64,000 nt of DNA from Podarcis liolepis (Eukaryota), in the NCBI GenBank assembly GCA_965112155.1, contig OZ218104.1; one strand, given 5' to 3'. Both the position numbers and the translations under genes were made by a program. This document shows positions 51,770-63,952 of this stretch, piece by piece. Under the pieces are notes generated by a model that saw only the letters and a list, made by a program, of their open reading frames with translations, was not told the DNA's origin and made no database searches. Each line of letters begins with the position of its first letter. The stretch's first letter is position 1.

Positions 51770-54700
51770 TCTTAACTCCTCTAAGAACCATCTGCTGTTC
51801 TACAGATGCCAAACCGTGCTTCTCTGGATGACAGGAGGCTGATAAACTCAGCAGCCAACTGGAAGATTAGTAGTAGCAATGGCAAGGAAGTCAACTCACC
51901 TGCAGCAGTGCAACTCTGCCTGAAGCCATGGCAGAAGAAGCAAGGAGGTGGTGTGTGCCTGAGAACTTGATCCAGCTCACAAGCCTCCATCAGCCAAGGG
52001 CAACAGAAATGTGGAAGCCGGTGCAAGCTGGCTTAATGCTTGCAGACTCAGAAACCGGGCATTAAGACCAACCACAAAGCCACAGGGGAAGCAGCCAGCC
52101 AGGCCAAAGCAGTCCTCACCGACACACAGAATAGTGGGCTAGGAAGAAGAGAGAGGCCACTGGCCAGGCACCCACACCTCATGAAACACTCCCAGAACAG
52201 AGGGAGAAGTGCAAGGTCTCCCTTGACGCAGCAGGTCAGAGTCTCCTGCAAAACTGCCAGTTCAGCATGCCTTGTATGTAAATGGAGACTCACATGGGCA
52301 ACAAACCCCACCAAGGCCAAGAAAGCTCCAACAATACACAGAGGAAGGACATGGAGAGTCCAGGCAGTCAGGGAACACTGGCAGAACTGCAGGCCAGACA
52401 CTTGGTTCTGTGGAGCCTTTCTTGCAGGAATCCAAACAGATAACAGGGGCAGCAAGACCTACTGAGGAGGCCTCCTGGATCTAGCTACCCTAACATCACC
52501 ATCACCTCTCTCAGCAGGCGAGCCTCTTGGCAAAGGCATTAAGAGGACCAGGTGAGCACACCTTAGTGACATAGTGGTAACCAACATAGTGCCCTTCAGA
52601 GGTGTGTTTGAACTGTGTCTTCCATCTGCCCCAGCTAGCATGGCCTATGGGACTTGTAGTCCTACAACATCTGGAGGAAACCACGCTGGCTACCCCTGTG
52701 TACATGAAGGGAGACAGAGAGAATGCCCCCATGGGCCTCAAGAGATGGCAGCAGTGCACCCAGCACGAAGCCCAGGAGCACCTGACTGGATACAGAAGGC
52801 TCTATTGCCAGGCATCTCCTTGGGATGAGGGTCTACTTGGTTGAGAGAAGATCCAGCTGCAAACAATGACTCAGCAGATGATAAGGAGGAAGAGGAGCAG
52901 CAGGCAGGAAGGGCTTAAGGGCCTTCATCTCAGGCCCTTGTTGGCTTAACAGTTTTCCAGCTCCCACACCAGGTGCTCATCATGAACAAAACTGCCCTGG
53001 CTGCTGTCCCAGGGCGTGTTTCTGGCCTGTTAAGAAACCAAAGCATACAAAAAAGCAGGGACAGAAAGTAGAACTGAGGGAGGGGAGAAATGAGGAGAAA
53101 ATTTAAACTTGCACTGCAGGTTATAGTGGTATAAAATGAGTTTGAGGTCTGAAGGGGTCAAATGATTATTTTTAATGATGCAACCTGCCCTGTGACCTTT
53201 GGGTGAAGGACAGGTAATAAAGCAAACAACAATGGCACGGTTTTCCTAAAATGTGGGGAGGAGTTTCTGAATGAATGGGAGTGACTCCTCCACTGCTTGG
53301 AAGAGAATGCTTCTGAAGAACTCTGCTGCTTTATCTCAGAGCAAAGCTGCTGGTTTTAGCCCAGGCTGGGGGTGACTCCATCATCCTTCATCATTGGCCA
53401 TGATGGCTGGGGCTGATGGGACATGATGAAGGGCACAGGCTTCCCCAGACCACATAATTATTTGGGACACTTCAATGAAAAACCACCATACAGGTGCTTG
53501 GGGCGGCTTCTGATGCAGCTGGTCAAAGTAAAGGAAAGGGAAAGTAGAGGCCCTGGAGAAGGCAGGTGGGGGGGAACCCTTCTCACTTGCAATTGGAGGG
53601 CCATCCTGGGCCCAGGAATAGACTCAGGGGGCTCTTCAAACATCCATGGGCTTCTAAGGATTGTATGCCAGTTTTAAGAGGAAGCCTGGTGCTTTAGGAA
53701 CACACTTGGATGTTCAGTGGTCATAAGAGGACAGGGGAGGAGAAAGGGAGGCAACTCATCAAACTGGGCATTGAATGCAGGATCCCAGCAGCCACAGGAG
53801 CTTCCATCACCTTCATGAATTATTTACTATTATTTAAAAGATGCAAGATCCGAGCCAGTTCATTTGAAGGGAGTTTACGCTCCCAGGTTTTTGCTGGTGC
53901 TTCATTCTGGTAATTACTATGATTACTATTTTAAGTCTGTCTTAGATTACTTGTTGCATTCTATTCTGCATTACAATTTTAATTGTTCCAATGATTACTT
54001 TTCAAATGGTCGTCTACTGCTGTGGGAAGTGGCTCCTCCTGGATCTAGCTACCCACAGTTCCTGAAGCACTAACAGTATCTAACAACACACCCCCCTCAA
54101 CAATCTTTGCGAGGAAAACCCACACATGTGGGCACACGCCGCTTCTCCTCACTTGGTATAGCAAGAAATGGAGGGGGGGCTTAAGTGCATATTAAGCAAA
54201 TGAGTGACATCTGCAGCACGCTGCATTTTAATGCAAAACTAATTTTGCTGAAGCAGGGTCAGCCCTTGGATGGGTTGCCTTCCTCCCTTCTACTTTCTTG
54301 CACCAGTTACAACTCAGGTTAAGTGGGACACACAGCTTTCAGAATTGAGGCCAGCTTGAGTCCCCCTTGAGAGAAGAGAAACTGGAAATCAAACTTAGCA
54401 GCAGGGGGGAAACTGGTGAGTGGGTGGGATCTGTCCAGCTCCATGATTTGATGCAGCAAGGAGAAACATGGCACTTTGTGCCTGTGCCCAACTTTGACAA
54501 TGAAATGTGGCTCGGCACAAGGTATCCAGGAAACTGCTTCATGCCTCAGAAGCCAGTGCCAGAACTGGAACCAGGGGTCTGGCTGGAACAGCTGGTGGGA
54601 GTTATAGTACAAAACACCTGGAGGGAGCCTGGCTGAGGAAGACTGATCTAGGGGACCAACCCAAAGCTTCACTCTACGTGTCTAGCAATCTCATCCCCAA

Positions 54701-56179
54701 GGCTTCATCAGCTGGATTTTAACAGCCTCCCCACTCGTGGCCAATTTCTGCAGTGGGAATTCAGGTGCATGAGGTTGTTGGCAAGGTAATCTGATGCTCA
54801 ATAAACTCAGCTGCCATCAATTTCAGCTAGCCAGATTTTCCACCTTGTCTGAGATGTGGCTCAAGATGAAGTTCAAGACAAGAGAGACTCTTTCTGTCTT
54901 GATAATTCCCCAGATCCTTAGCATGGGGCAGATGCCAGAGCCGCCAGGGCTCACTGGTGAAAAACTGGTTGTTTGAATCCTCAAAGGTTGTTGAGCCTGC
55001 TAATTTGATCCTTCCAGGTTAAATTGCCATTCTAATGTTCATTCTCCAAGAGGGTTGGCCACTTTCTCTTGTAAAGCCAGTTAGGTTGCTGATCCTCACA
55101 ACTCCTGGTTGCAGTCGCCCTCCTTGGGCACACATTTTTCTAGGGTGTGTGGATTTCTTCCATGTGGCATTTTCACTTTCCTTACAAGCCATGTAAGAGA
55201 AGCAATCTTGACAGGATTGCATAAGGGGTGGTGGCGGAGATGGTAGAAGAGGCTCCTGCAGGCCAGGACAAGGGGCAACTACCTCCATGCTGAATCTGGC
55301 AAGGCAGTGAGCGCCACTCGCCTCTGCTTTTTGCTCTCCAGGCCCAGCACCAACAACTTCCCCGCCCCCTTCCTCCATCTGCCACTGATCCACTCATTTC
55401 TCTCTAAGTCCCCCTCCCGCCCCTTCCTTGGTATTTAGATAAATTATCACTATGCAAAGCTTTACGGCGCTTCTACTGCGTAGGGACTAGACTAGACTAG
55501 ACTAGATATAGATAGTAAACGATGGCGAAAGGGCCCTCTGCCCATGCTCGGAGGTATCGTCTCCGCGACCGTCCAAGCTAGAACTGCTACTATGCCCAGC
55601 TCTTTCCGAAACAGCGCCTGGCCATTTTGAAGAAGGAAAACCGTCTGATGGAGGAAGCCGAGCAGCCGGGATGGAGGGAAGCACAAGGCAGACGCCGCCG
55701 CGCTTGAGGGAGCCTCGGCTACCCGATTTACAGCTTCGGCGCCGAATGAGTTAAGGCGGCAGCAGCTCCGTCGCCCCCCCCCCCCGCCATCCCAATGGTT
55801 TTATTTCCCCCCCCCCCGAAATCGCTCCTCCTGCAATGACAGCATTGTCTGGGCTGGGGGGCGGCGGCGGCAGGCCAGCCTCGAGACACCCCCCCCCCGC
55901 CCGCCGTCGCGCGTGCCCATCCTCCGCGCGCTGCCTCGGGAGTCCGGCGGGCCAGGGAGCCAAGGGCGCGACGGGCTCCCCGGGAAGGGAGGCAGAGGCA
56001 AGCCCCCTTGCCTTGTGCGCCCCTCCCCGCCAGGCTTGTTTACGGGTTTCGGCCTCCCGCAGTAGCAGCAGAAGCAACTCCAGCCTCCGCCCCCCCCGTC
56101 CTCGCATCCTCCCCAATCTGTGCAGACGGGGCGCGGCGGCGGCGCCGGCCGGTCCCTTCCTTCTTCCGAAGCGGCTCAC

Positions 56180-56248
56180 CTTCATGTCGTTGACGATGGC
56201 TTGGAAGAGGCCGCCCAGCGCCCCGCACTCCTTCTCCGCCGTCTCCAT
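56180..56248 (-). CDS. MTSS2: MTSS2 coding exon 1 (METAEKECGALGGLFQAIVNDMK)
   Basis: gccATGG Kozak context; donor AAG|GTGAGC; 69 nt, phase 0. Confidence 0.97.
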
Positions 56249-56403
56249 GGCCGAGCGGCGGCAGCCCGTCGAGGGGGGCCAGTCCCGACACAGCCCCGCG
56301 AAGGCGAAGGCGGCGTCTCCTCCTCCTCCCTCTGCCTCGCCGCAGCCTCTCTCTCTCTGTCTCTCGCGCTCGCTCGCTCGCTCGCTCGGCGCGCCTCCCT
56401 CGG

Positions 56404-56484
56404 TCACTTCCCGCCACGGGCGGCCCTCCGCGCTGCCGCAGCCGGGAGCGAAGGCGATGAAGAGGCGCTCCGAGCAGTGGCCAT
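56404..56484 (-). other. Candidate uORF (MATARSASSSPSLPAAAARRAARGGK*) in the MTSS2 5' leader
   Basis: aggATGG (A at -3, G at +4); 26 codons; stops 155 nt before the main ATG; depends on TSS position. Confidence 0.4.
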
Positions 56485-57124
56485 CCTCTGGCCCGGAGCA
56501 GCAGCAGCAGCGACGACGACGAGAACGGCGGCGAGCGCCCCGCTGGCCGGGGAGGGGGAGGAAAAGAGCGTCGCCGCGCGCAATAAGGGGAGCCGGGCGG
56601 ACGCCTCAGAGCGACGGGGCGCAGGAGAAGGCAGCCGGAATCCGAAGTGAAGGGGGGGGGAGAGGGATCCAGTCACGTGGGCGATGCGGGGAGGGGGCGG
56701 GCCGGGAGGAGGGGGAGGGGCCGCCCAGGCTAGGGGCTTTGCAGGGAGAGCAGTGGAGCCGCCGCCGCCACCGCCACTCGTGGAGAGCCCGCGGGTGACC
56801 CACAACGCGGGTGACCCACAATGCAGCGGCTTCTTCCTCTCGCCCACCGAAGCCTGGAGCTGCCGAGGGGGCCCTGGGAGACGCTCCCCTCGCCACTAAC
56901 AGGAGGAGGCTGGCCCCTTGGGGACAGGAGACACCCCTCCTGTCGGACCCGAGGGGAGTGGGCGGGAGGGAGGCCCGGTGGGTCTCGGCTACACATCGGG
57001 GGCTGTTGCCTCAAAGCTCCGTGCTGCGTGGACGGGCTGGACTTTCCCCAGCCCCCGTCTGCAAAATGGGAGCAACCCTGCCCACCCTCGCCCGGGGAAG
57101 CAGGGTGGCACCACGTCACCCAAG

Positions 57125-57243
57125 CTTGCCTCCACTGCTTGGCAGCCGCTCTCCAGAACCTCAGACCTGGCTCGACTGCTGCCGGGGATTGAACCTGCGG
57201 CATTCTACAGGCCAAGCAGCAGCCCTCCCGCTGAGCTACGGCC
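57125..57243 (-). mobile_element. tRNA-derived SINE (Squam3-like) head with intact Pol III A and B boxes
   Basis: Minus strand GGCCGTAGCTCAGCGG...GGTTCAATCCCCGGCA followed by CTGGAGAGCGGCTGCCA body motif. Confidence 0.7.
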
Positions 57244-57765
57244 TTCTTAATTGTAGGGCGCCCTGCTCAAGAAGCAGGGGCCTCTTGGGCCTAAAGCTAG
57301 AAACGAGGTCAAGGTCAAAGGCAACCCTGAGCCCAAAGTCCACCTGCAGCATCTCCACGGAGTTACTGCTTAGGCCTTGCCTCCACCTAGGTAGTAAGAG
57401 ATTCCTGGTGGGGAGTTACTGGTATCATTGCATTGCTGCTGCAGCTGCTGCATAATTATCTCCTCTAGAAGAGGCTGCCTGTTGCATCACTCCTTGAGGC
57501 CCTGCTGTCCTAAGTAGGAGGCACAGCCAGATATGCAAGAGAATCAGCTTCTCAAAAGGCAGGCAGATTTTCCTGTCACAATTAGTAAACCTTTTCAACC
57601 AGAAGGCTACAAAGTGAGGTTCCAGATTTAATGCAGGTACACAGAAGGAACTGCAGAAGCCCCTGCAAGTGAGAGCTCGCAAAGAGAAGTGTGGCTACAA
57701 AGGGAGCTTTGCCTGTGGAAATGACACTCATTGATCCAGGAGAAGCCTTTGTTTTTTAAAAAAAC

Positions 57766-57771
57766 TTTATT
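57766..57771 (-). terminator. AATAAA, candidate distal VAC14 polyA signal
   Basis: TTTATT on + strand, about 1.25 kb after the VAC14 stop. Confidence 0.45.
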
Positions 57772-58297
57772 CATACAGGACACCAAAGGTTAAATAAAAT
57801 GTCAGGGTTCAGATTACCAGGGCAAAGGACTTCCCCACTCTGTAATGGAAGAAAATGCCATGTCTGTTCACAGAAATGAAAGCAACCAGACCTACTTCTG
57901 AGTATAACGTGCAGGATCAGGGAGCACTTTATGCAGAGTGGATAGCAGCAGAAAGAAGGTCCAGCGCCTGCTGTGGTACCTTCAGACTGGCACACAGGAT
58001 AGATTCACCTTCCAACCTGCTTTCCTCCAGCTGTTTTCGACTAGAATTCCCATCAGACCCAAAATCACATCGTCATGTTGGCTGGGGCTGATAGAGGGTC
58101 CTTTCCAGCTCTACAGTTCTATGAACTGTAGTCCAAAACAGCTGGAGGAAAAGGCTGGGTAAGTCTTGGGCAGCAAACTGAGGTTTCAACAGCCCCCCCT
58201 GGCCAAACAGCAGTGCAAACTGGGCAACCCCTTTGATCTCTCTCATGGCAGGGAGGATGTAGCCAAAGTAAGTGAAGTCCATTCTGCCATCAATCAT

Positions 58298-58319
58298 TTT
58301 ATTTGTCATACCTTTTATT
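58298..58319 (-). terminator. Two AATAAA polyadenylation signals, candidate proximal VAC14 polyA site
   Basis: TTTATT on + at 58298-58303 and 58314-58319, about 700 nt after the VAC14 stop. Confidence 0.6.
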
Positions 58320-59010
58320 GCAAGGAGTGTTTTACAATAGTACAAAGAAATCCAGGCTAGAAATACAGTTGGTCTATAGAGATCTATATATACACATACA
58401 CACAGGTTAGCTGTAAGCTAAGACTGTGCAGTCCAAACACATGTTTTTGGGGGGGCTGGGTGGGAAGCAGGCAAGGGAGGTGATCCTGCTGGGAGCTCAT
58501 AGCAGTTGACCAACCCACACATAGGGACCAGTGTGCAAGCCCACAGGGTTGCTGAGAGGGGTCAAGGCGCTGTGTATTTGGCAACTGTGTCCCCAAATCA
58601 GTAGGGAGGAAGGGCTGCACCAGGGTTTCCCACACACCCTCCCCCCTCTCTGGTTGGAAGTGGGAAGAAGTCCCATTTCTTTTTTCCCCTCTGGCAGTAG
58701 CAAAAGCACGGCTACGACCATCAGATGACCATCACAAGGGAAGGCGAGGGCTCTTGCACCACTGCCAGAGAGGAAAAGCACATCCCAAACTAGACAGCAG
58801 CTTCTTGTTCCACCTCACAAGCAAATCTTGCCTGGGAGGATCAGAAAAGGCCACCCAGAACATGCTGGCTCGTCCCCACAGCCAGGTGGCATCTCTTCAA
58901 TGTGTAGCTAGCAGCAATATCCAGCCAAGGTCTCTTCTCAACTCCAAGCCATGGAGTTTAGCTACTCCGGCTGCTTGGCTGCTTCCTCTGTGTCCCTTGG
59001 GTTCCAGCCT

Positions 59011-59179
59011 TCAGAAGACAGTTCTCCGATCCAGGTTCTCGCCCCGGTTGGCTCGCTGGTGCCGGACCTGGAGGTGTTTGCTCTGGACCTTCTCAAAGTG
59101 TTGCAGCAACTCTGCGTAGTCTATGGCAGGGGTGGTGACAGAGGTCTTCTTGGAGGTGAGGCTGGCCTTTGGGCCATCC
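59011..59179 (-). CDS. VAC14: VAC14 last coding exon ([55 protein letters not shown])
   Basis: Matches recalled human VAC14 C-terminus ([37 protein letters not shown]); acceptor ctctccccag|; VAC14-MTSS2 synteny. Confidence 0.93.
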
Positions 59180-59481
59180 CTGGGGAGAGGGAAGAGAGCA
59201 TCAGGGGCTGGGCTCTGTTGCCAACAGCCTTGTGGCCAGAAAGGGGGGCTGGGGACTGAAAGACACATGCACTCTTGAGATAGTCACCACTCAGGTGCCC
59301 ATGGATGCAACAGTAAAAAAGAAGAGCAATGCTGTGACCACCTCTACTCCATCTCACTGCAGTCATATGCAGGTACAGCAGGACCCTTTTGTGCTCAACC
59401 AATCCCTTTGAGGAAGGGGAAATGTTCTTGAAGTTGCACAAGACCTCCTGGTATTCTTGCTCACTACAGACTATCTCTGAT

Positions 59482-59850
59482 AATAGAATCATAGTATCAC
59501 AGAGTTGGCCTGCCAACCTAGCAGTTCGAAAGCACCTCCGGGTGCAAGTAGATAAATAGGGACCGCTTACCAGCGGGAAGGTAAACGGCATTTCCGTGTG
59601 CGGCTCTGGTTCGCCAGGGCAGCGATGTCACGCTGGCCACGTGACCCGGAAGTGTCTTCGGACAGCGCTGGCCCACGGCCTCTTGAGTGAGATGGGCGCA
59701 CAACCCTAGAGTCTGGCAAGACTGGCCTGTACGGGCAGGGGTACCTTTACCTTTATCACAGAGTTGGAAGGGACCTCAAGTATCATCTAGCCCAATCCTC
59801 TGCAATGCAGGGATCTCAGCTAAAGCATCCATAAGATATGGCAATCTGTA
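59482..59850 (-). mobile_element. CR1-type LINE 3' end, split by the Sauria SINE
   Basis: atagaatcatag...agagttggaagggacctcaagtatcatctagcccaa is the reverse complement of the CR1 3' terminus. Confidence 0.7.
59509..59753 (+). mobile_element. 5'-truncated Sauria SINE (Squam1) with ACCTTT tail and 14-bp TSD, inserted into a CR1-type tail
   Basis: cctgccaacctagcagttcgaaagca...gctggccacgtgacccggaag...ggtacctttacctt; TSD TATCACAGAGTTGG at 59495-59508 and 59754-59767. Confidence 0.9.
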
Positions 59851-62597
59851 AGTTTACAAATAACAGAATTGCTGTTTCAGAGAAAATATATCTGATACTG
59901 TTTTGATATTCTGGATTTTTCTTCCCAATCTCATAGAAGGGTAAGCTAAAACACAAATATTAAAACCACAGAAATCCAGCCCAGGTGCAATGAATCTGAG
60001 TCAGCCACAAGAGCTTTGCTCCACCTGAAGTTCAACACAGTTGGCCTTCTGAATTGGCAGGCAAGTGGCTGCCCAAGGCGATGCCCCCCACCTCTGACCC
60101 CCATTTCCTGAATATGCAGCTTGAGACTGATCTGGATTCTCATGCAGGGAGGGCATGAGAGGAATAATGCCTGCCAAGCTCTTCAGTGTTCTTGAGCCAT
60201 CCCTATTTATCTCAAAGTGGTGTCTGCCTGTAACCACCTTCATTCAAAGCCAATCACGTTCTTGAAAAAGATTGGTTTTCTGAACCAGAAATGTACAAGG
60301 GCTGTTTTCAACATGGAGGTCTCCAAGATCCTCCCAACTGACTTGTATTTTGCTTTGTTTTTGTTCATGACATTTGTGGACTGCCCTTCATAATATTTAT
60401 CTTCATAATATTTATCCCAGGGCAGCATGCTGAGGAACCTCTCCTTGTGCTCTGTAGATTGTTCTGGGGCATGCAATCAGTTCACATGGCATGAACTAGT
60501 TTACTGCAAACCATATACACCCAAAAACTCCCCTGTGGTTGCAGATTGCAGGGGAAGATGGAAGCAGACATGTGAGCAGTGTCCCGTCTGCCTTCACTCA
60601 TCTTCTCACTGAGGAAGCCCTTAAAAGCTACCATTACAACCTAGATAGTTTGAAAAAAAGGACCTTGGGTGGATCACCCATCACAGCCTCAAGCAGAGAA
60701 ATTTGCAGTCAACCAACCCTCCCTCCCTATCAAGAGGGAGGGGAGCAAAGGTTTCCCTCCATGGATCCCCACAAATGCCAGGAATGACATGTACATGCAA
60801 GGATGCTGTGTTTCCTCATAGGACAATTGTGTAGGTCTCACAGCCAAGACAAAATGCCAACCCTGTATCTGACCTGGGCAGTTTGAATCTCATCCTCTCT
60901 GCTTCCTACAAGTTCCCAACATTCAAAATGGGGTAAGAAGGGCTCTTTATCCTAGCCTGCCCTTTTGGTGTGACTAATCCAGGGTGTATTTGGAGACAAA
61001 GCCCAGTGCCTGAGCTCTGCTCAAACTGCAAATAATTTCCTGTTTGCGCGCCTCTCCCTTTGGTAAGCGGACAGCCCAGCGGTTGGTGCTCTGTGGCTCA
61101 GCAGCCTGGAACTGCAAGTGGGATGGGAAGGCAGGCAAGACGGGGGGTGGGTGGGGGGTAGATGCAGGAACAACAGCTGGAATCAGCGGCAGCAGCAACA
61201 GGGCTGCTTGAGCTGCCAACCAGATTCCAGGAATGGCAGGCCTTCATCAGGGAGCAATATCACAAGAAGATCTCCCTCCATTTGCCAGCTCAAAGGCAGC
61301 TGTCTCAAGAAAGGCTCATAGCAGAGATACAAGCTAGCACACTCATGTCCACAGCTCTGCTCCCATAGTAGGTTGGCTTAATAGTGGTGAATCGTTCTAA
61401 GTAAGCATGCTTAGGATTGCACTGTAAAGCAAATGGCTGAATCTGTGTTTGGTGACAAACACAACTGAGCGCAGAATTGAGCCCACTCTGAGCTCACACC
61501 CCCCTGCTTTCCAAAATTGCAAGGGAATGTGAAACACAGGAGTGATGTAAACCAAAACTGGCGTAGATGCAGACAGGTTTATAGGCTAAAAACCAGCTGT
61601 TAGTAGACACTTGTCTCCAATCACTGGCTGATTAGCTGTGATGTCACAGAATGTTCATAAACATTACCAAGTGTCAGAATGTTGGAGAACTGCGGTTGCT
61701 AAGAGGAAAGTAGGAGGACAGTTTGACAAAGGCAAACCTCATTTAGGGCCTAAAGGCAAATGGGATGGGATGGAGGAAGGGGGTCCATCTGCGCAGGGGG
61801 TTGCATCATACCTTAAAATAGGCAGATACACCTCGCAATGATAGCTCATGTACTTAATTATGCAAAGGACACTGGACTAAATAAAAGTCCTTGCAATGTT
61901 ATAATACTCAGGAACTTCTTGCATATAATATTGTCACAAAATCTTACATTTATAACAACTATATTCCCCAAGTTTAAAAGTTTGTCTTTTTTGTAAACCA
62001 CTCTGAGGTGTTTTGTGTTTTACAATCAAGCAGCACATAAATTCCATGGAATAAATAAATATTTGTGATTAGGCAACCGAACTAAATTATTGGAAATATT
62101 AGTGTTTCTATCTAATATTTGGTAAATGATATAACTGGAGAGGGGCAGTCTAATTTCATGCATGTTTGGAAGTGCAGCTGAATTCTATGGCCTGGATGTG
62201 CCCAGGACCGTAGCCTTAGTTTCGGAGAGAGTTAAAAAGAGATTTCTATAGCAAAATGCATTTGGGAAATGAACTGGGGGTTTTCATCAGCTCTCTCCCC
62301 CTCCACGGGAGGCAGCCAGCACCTTCCTTGTTCTGGAGCGCTGACTCTAGTCAGTAGGACCACAATGGGCTCCAGATGGGGCCAACTTCTCCCTAGAATT
62401 GCTGGGCAAGAGCAGAACCTGGCAAAAATGTGGCAGCAAATGCCTTGGAAATTCATTTTCCACAAGGAAAGAAGTGAAATGTCATGATGGAAGAGTTTAG
62501 TCCTTGGCAACCAGCAGAAGGATGTTGCAAGAAGTGGGAGGTGGAGAGGATGGGGTTCCAAAGGGATGGAAAGACTTGGAGGATGCCAGGCATTGCA

Positions 62598-63952
62598 ACC
62601 CCTATGGCTGTCGCCAAATGAAACAATTACAATTAAAAGAATAAACATGGATAGATGGCGGGTGACCTATAGAGATTTGCTGGACTTTTCGAGGAACAAA
62701 CCCAGACTGAAACCACTGGAAGAAGTAAGAAGCCAAGTTACTGAGTGGCTTCAGTATCACCAATTACATGATATGTTTAAATTAGATAAGAAAAATTGTG
62801 TTGTTTTTTTTAAAAAGCTCACAGTTTGAAAAAAGAGTTATTGACGAACAAGGAAAAATTATTGTCCAAAATGTATACACTGTTATTGGAATGGGAAACA
62901 AAAGATGAGCTGATTCAATAATCAATGACCTACTGGGCAATGGATATAGGATATAATATAGACTTAAACCTCTGGGAGAAATTTTGGGAAAAACCATCTG
63001 AAATTTACTGCATGCTACACATTGAAAGAGAATTATATGAAAATGATCCATAGATGATATTTAACTCCGAGTAGATTGGCTAAGATGTACAGTGGTACCT
63101 TGGGTTAAGTACTTAATTTGTTCCGAAAGTCCTTATTTAACCTGAAACTGTTCTTAACCTGAAGCACCACTTTAGCTAATGGGGCCTCCTGCTGCTCTGC
63201 GCCGCTGGAGCACGATTTCTGTTCTTATCCTGAAGCAAAGTTCTTAACCTGAAGCACTATTTCTGGGTTAGCAGAGTCTGTAACCTGAAGCATATGTAAC
63301 CTGAGGTACCACTGTATAAGGTGGAATCGGACATATGTTGGAAATGCAAAGAAATTTTTTCCATATGTGGTGGGTATGCAAAAAAGTTAAAGTATATTGG
63401 GAAATGATATATAATGAGATGAAAAAGATGTTTAAAACAACTTTTTTTAAAAAGCCAGTAGCATTTCTCTTAGAAATTATTCAGACAGAGGTTCCCAGGA
63501 GTCAGAACAATGTATTCATGTACGCAACAACAGCGGCTTGGATCTTGTTAGCCCAAAAACAGAAAGTGAGAGAGGTCCCTAGTAAGGAAGACTGTCAACT
63601 TAAGATGATAGAATATGCAGAATTAGCAGACCTAACAAGTAGAATATGAGAACAAGAAGAACAGGTATTTAAAGAGGAGTGGAATTTTTTTGTCAAGTAT
63701 ATTGAAAATAATCATGCACAGTTAAAAATGCTGGCAGTATTAAAGTAATTCAACAATATAACATATTTTGAACTGATGTAAGATAGGAAAATTAAATTAG
63801 TTGGATATATTAAAATATGCAGGAATGGTGGATAAGTTAAATGAACCTTGGAAAGGGAGGGAGGGAAGTAAATCAATGTACGGTATAATAAAACAAGTTT
63901 AATTTGAAATGTAAAATTTGAAAATTTAATAAAAAATATTAATAATAAAAAA
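62598..63952 (+). mobile_element. 5'-truncated, decayed LINE-1 (ORF2 C-terminal region and A-rich tail)
   Basis: After removing the MITE the frames read HR*YLTPSRLAKMYKVESDICWKCK / FFHMWWVCKKVKVYWEMI (CCHC region) and ATTAAWILLAQK; ends aataaaaaatattaataataaaaaa. Confidence 0.85.
63090..63314. mobile_element. Tc1/mariner-superfamily MITE (225 bp) nested in L1
   Basis: TIRs CAGTGGTACCTTGGGTTA / TAACCTGAGGTACCACTG; TA target duplication on both sides; internal aacctgaag repeats. Confidence 0.92.

Larger units (their letters stand above)
2531..56248 (-). other. MTSS2: MTSS2 gene, start-to-stop span (15 coding exons, 2223 nt CDS, 740 aa; N-terminal IMD/I-BAR, Ser/Pro-rich middle, C-terminal WH2)
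   Basis: Exons of 69+62+74+85+92+75+9+158+108+98+211+75+177+166+764 nt join in frame with GT-AG boundaries. Translation matches recalled human MTSS2 (METAEKECGALGGLFQAIVNDMKSSYPIWEDF...EDMLVAIRRGVRLRRT.TNDRSAPR.L). Confidence 0.97.
55440..57250. promoter_or_regulatory. CpG island / MTSS2 promoter and 5'UTR
   Basis: Sharp rise in CpG and GC content around exon 1; GC box GGGGCGGG 56694-56701; E-box CACGTG 56674-56679; ETS-like CACTTCC 56405-56411; (GCTC)n in the 5'UTR. Confidence 0.9.

Noticed and set aside
55751-57455. Many long overlapping ORFs (up to 320 aa) on both strands
   Set aside because: Stop-codon depletion in a CpG island gives low-complexity Arg/Pro/Gly/Ala translations; only the 69-nt MTSS2 exon 1 is supported.
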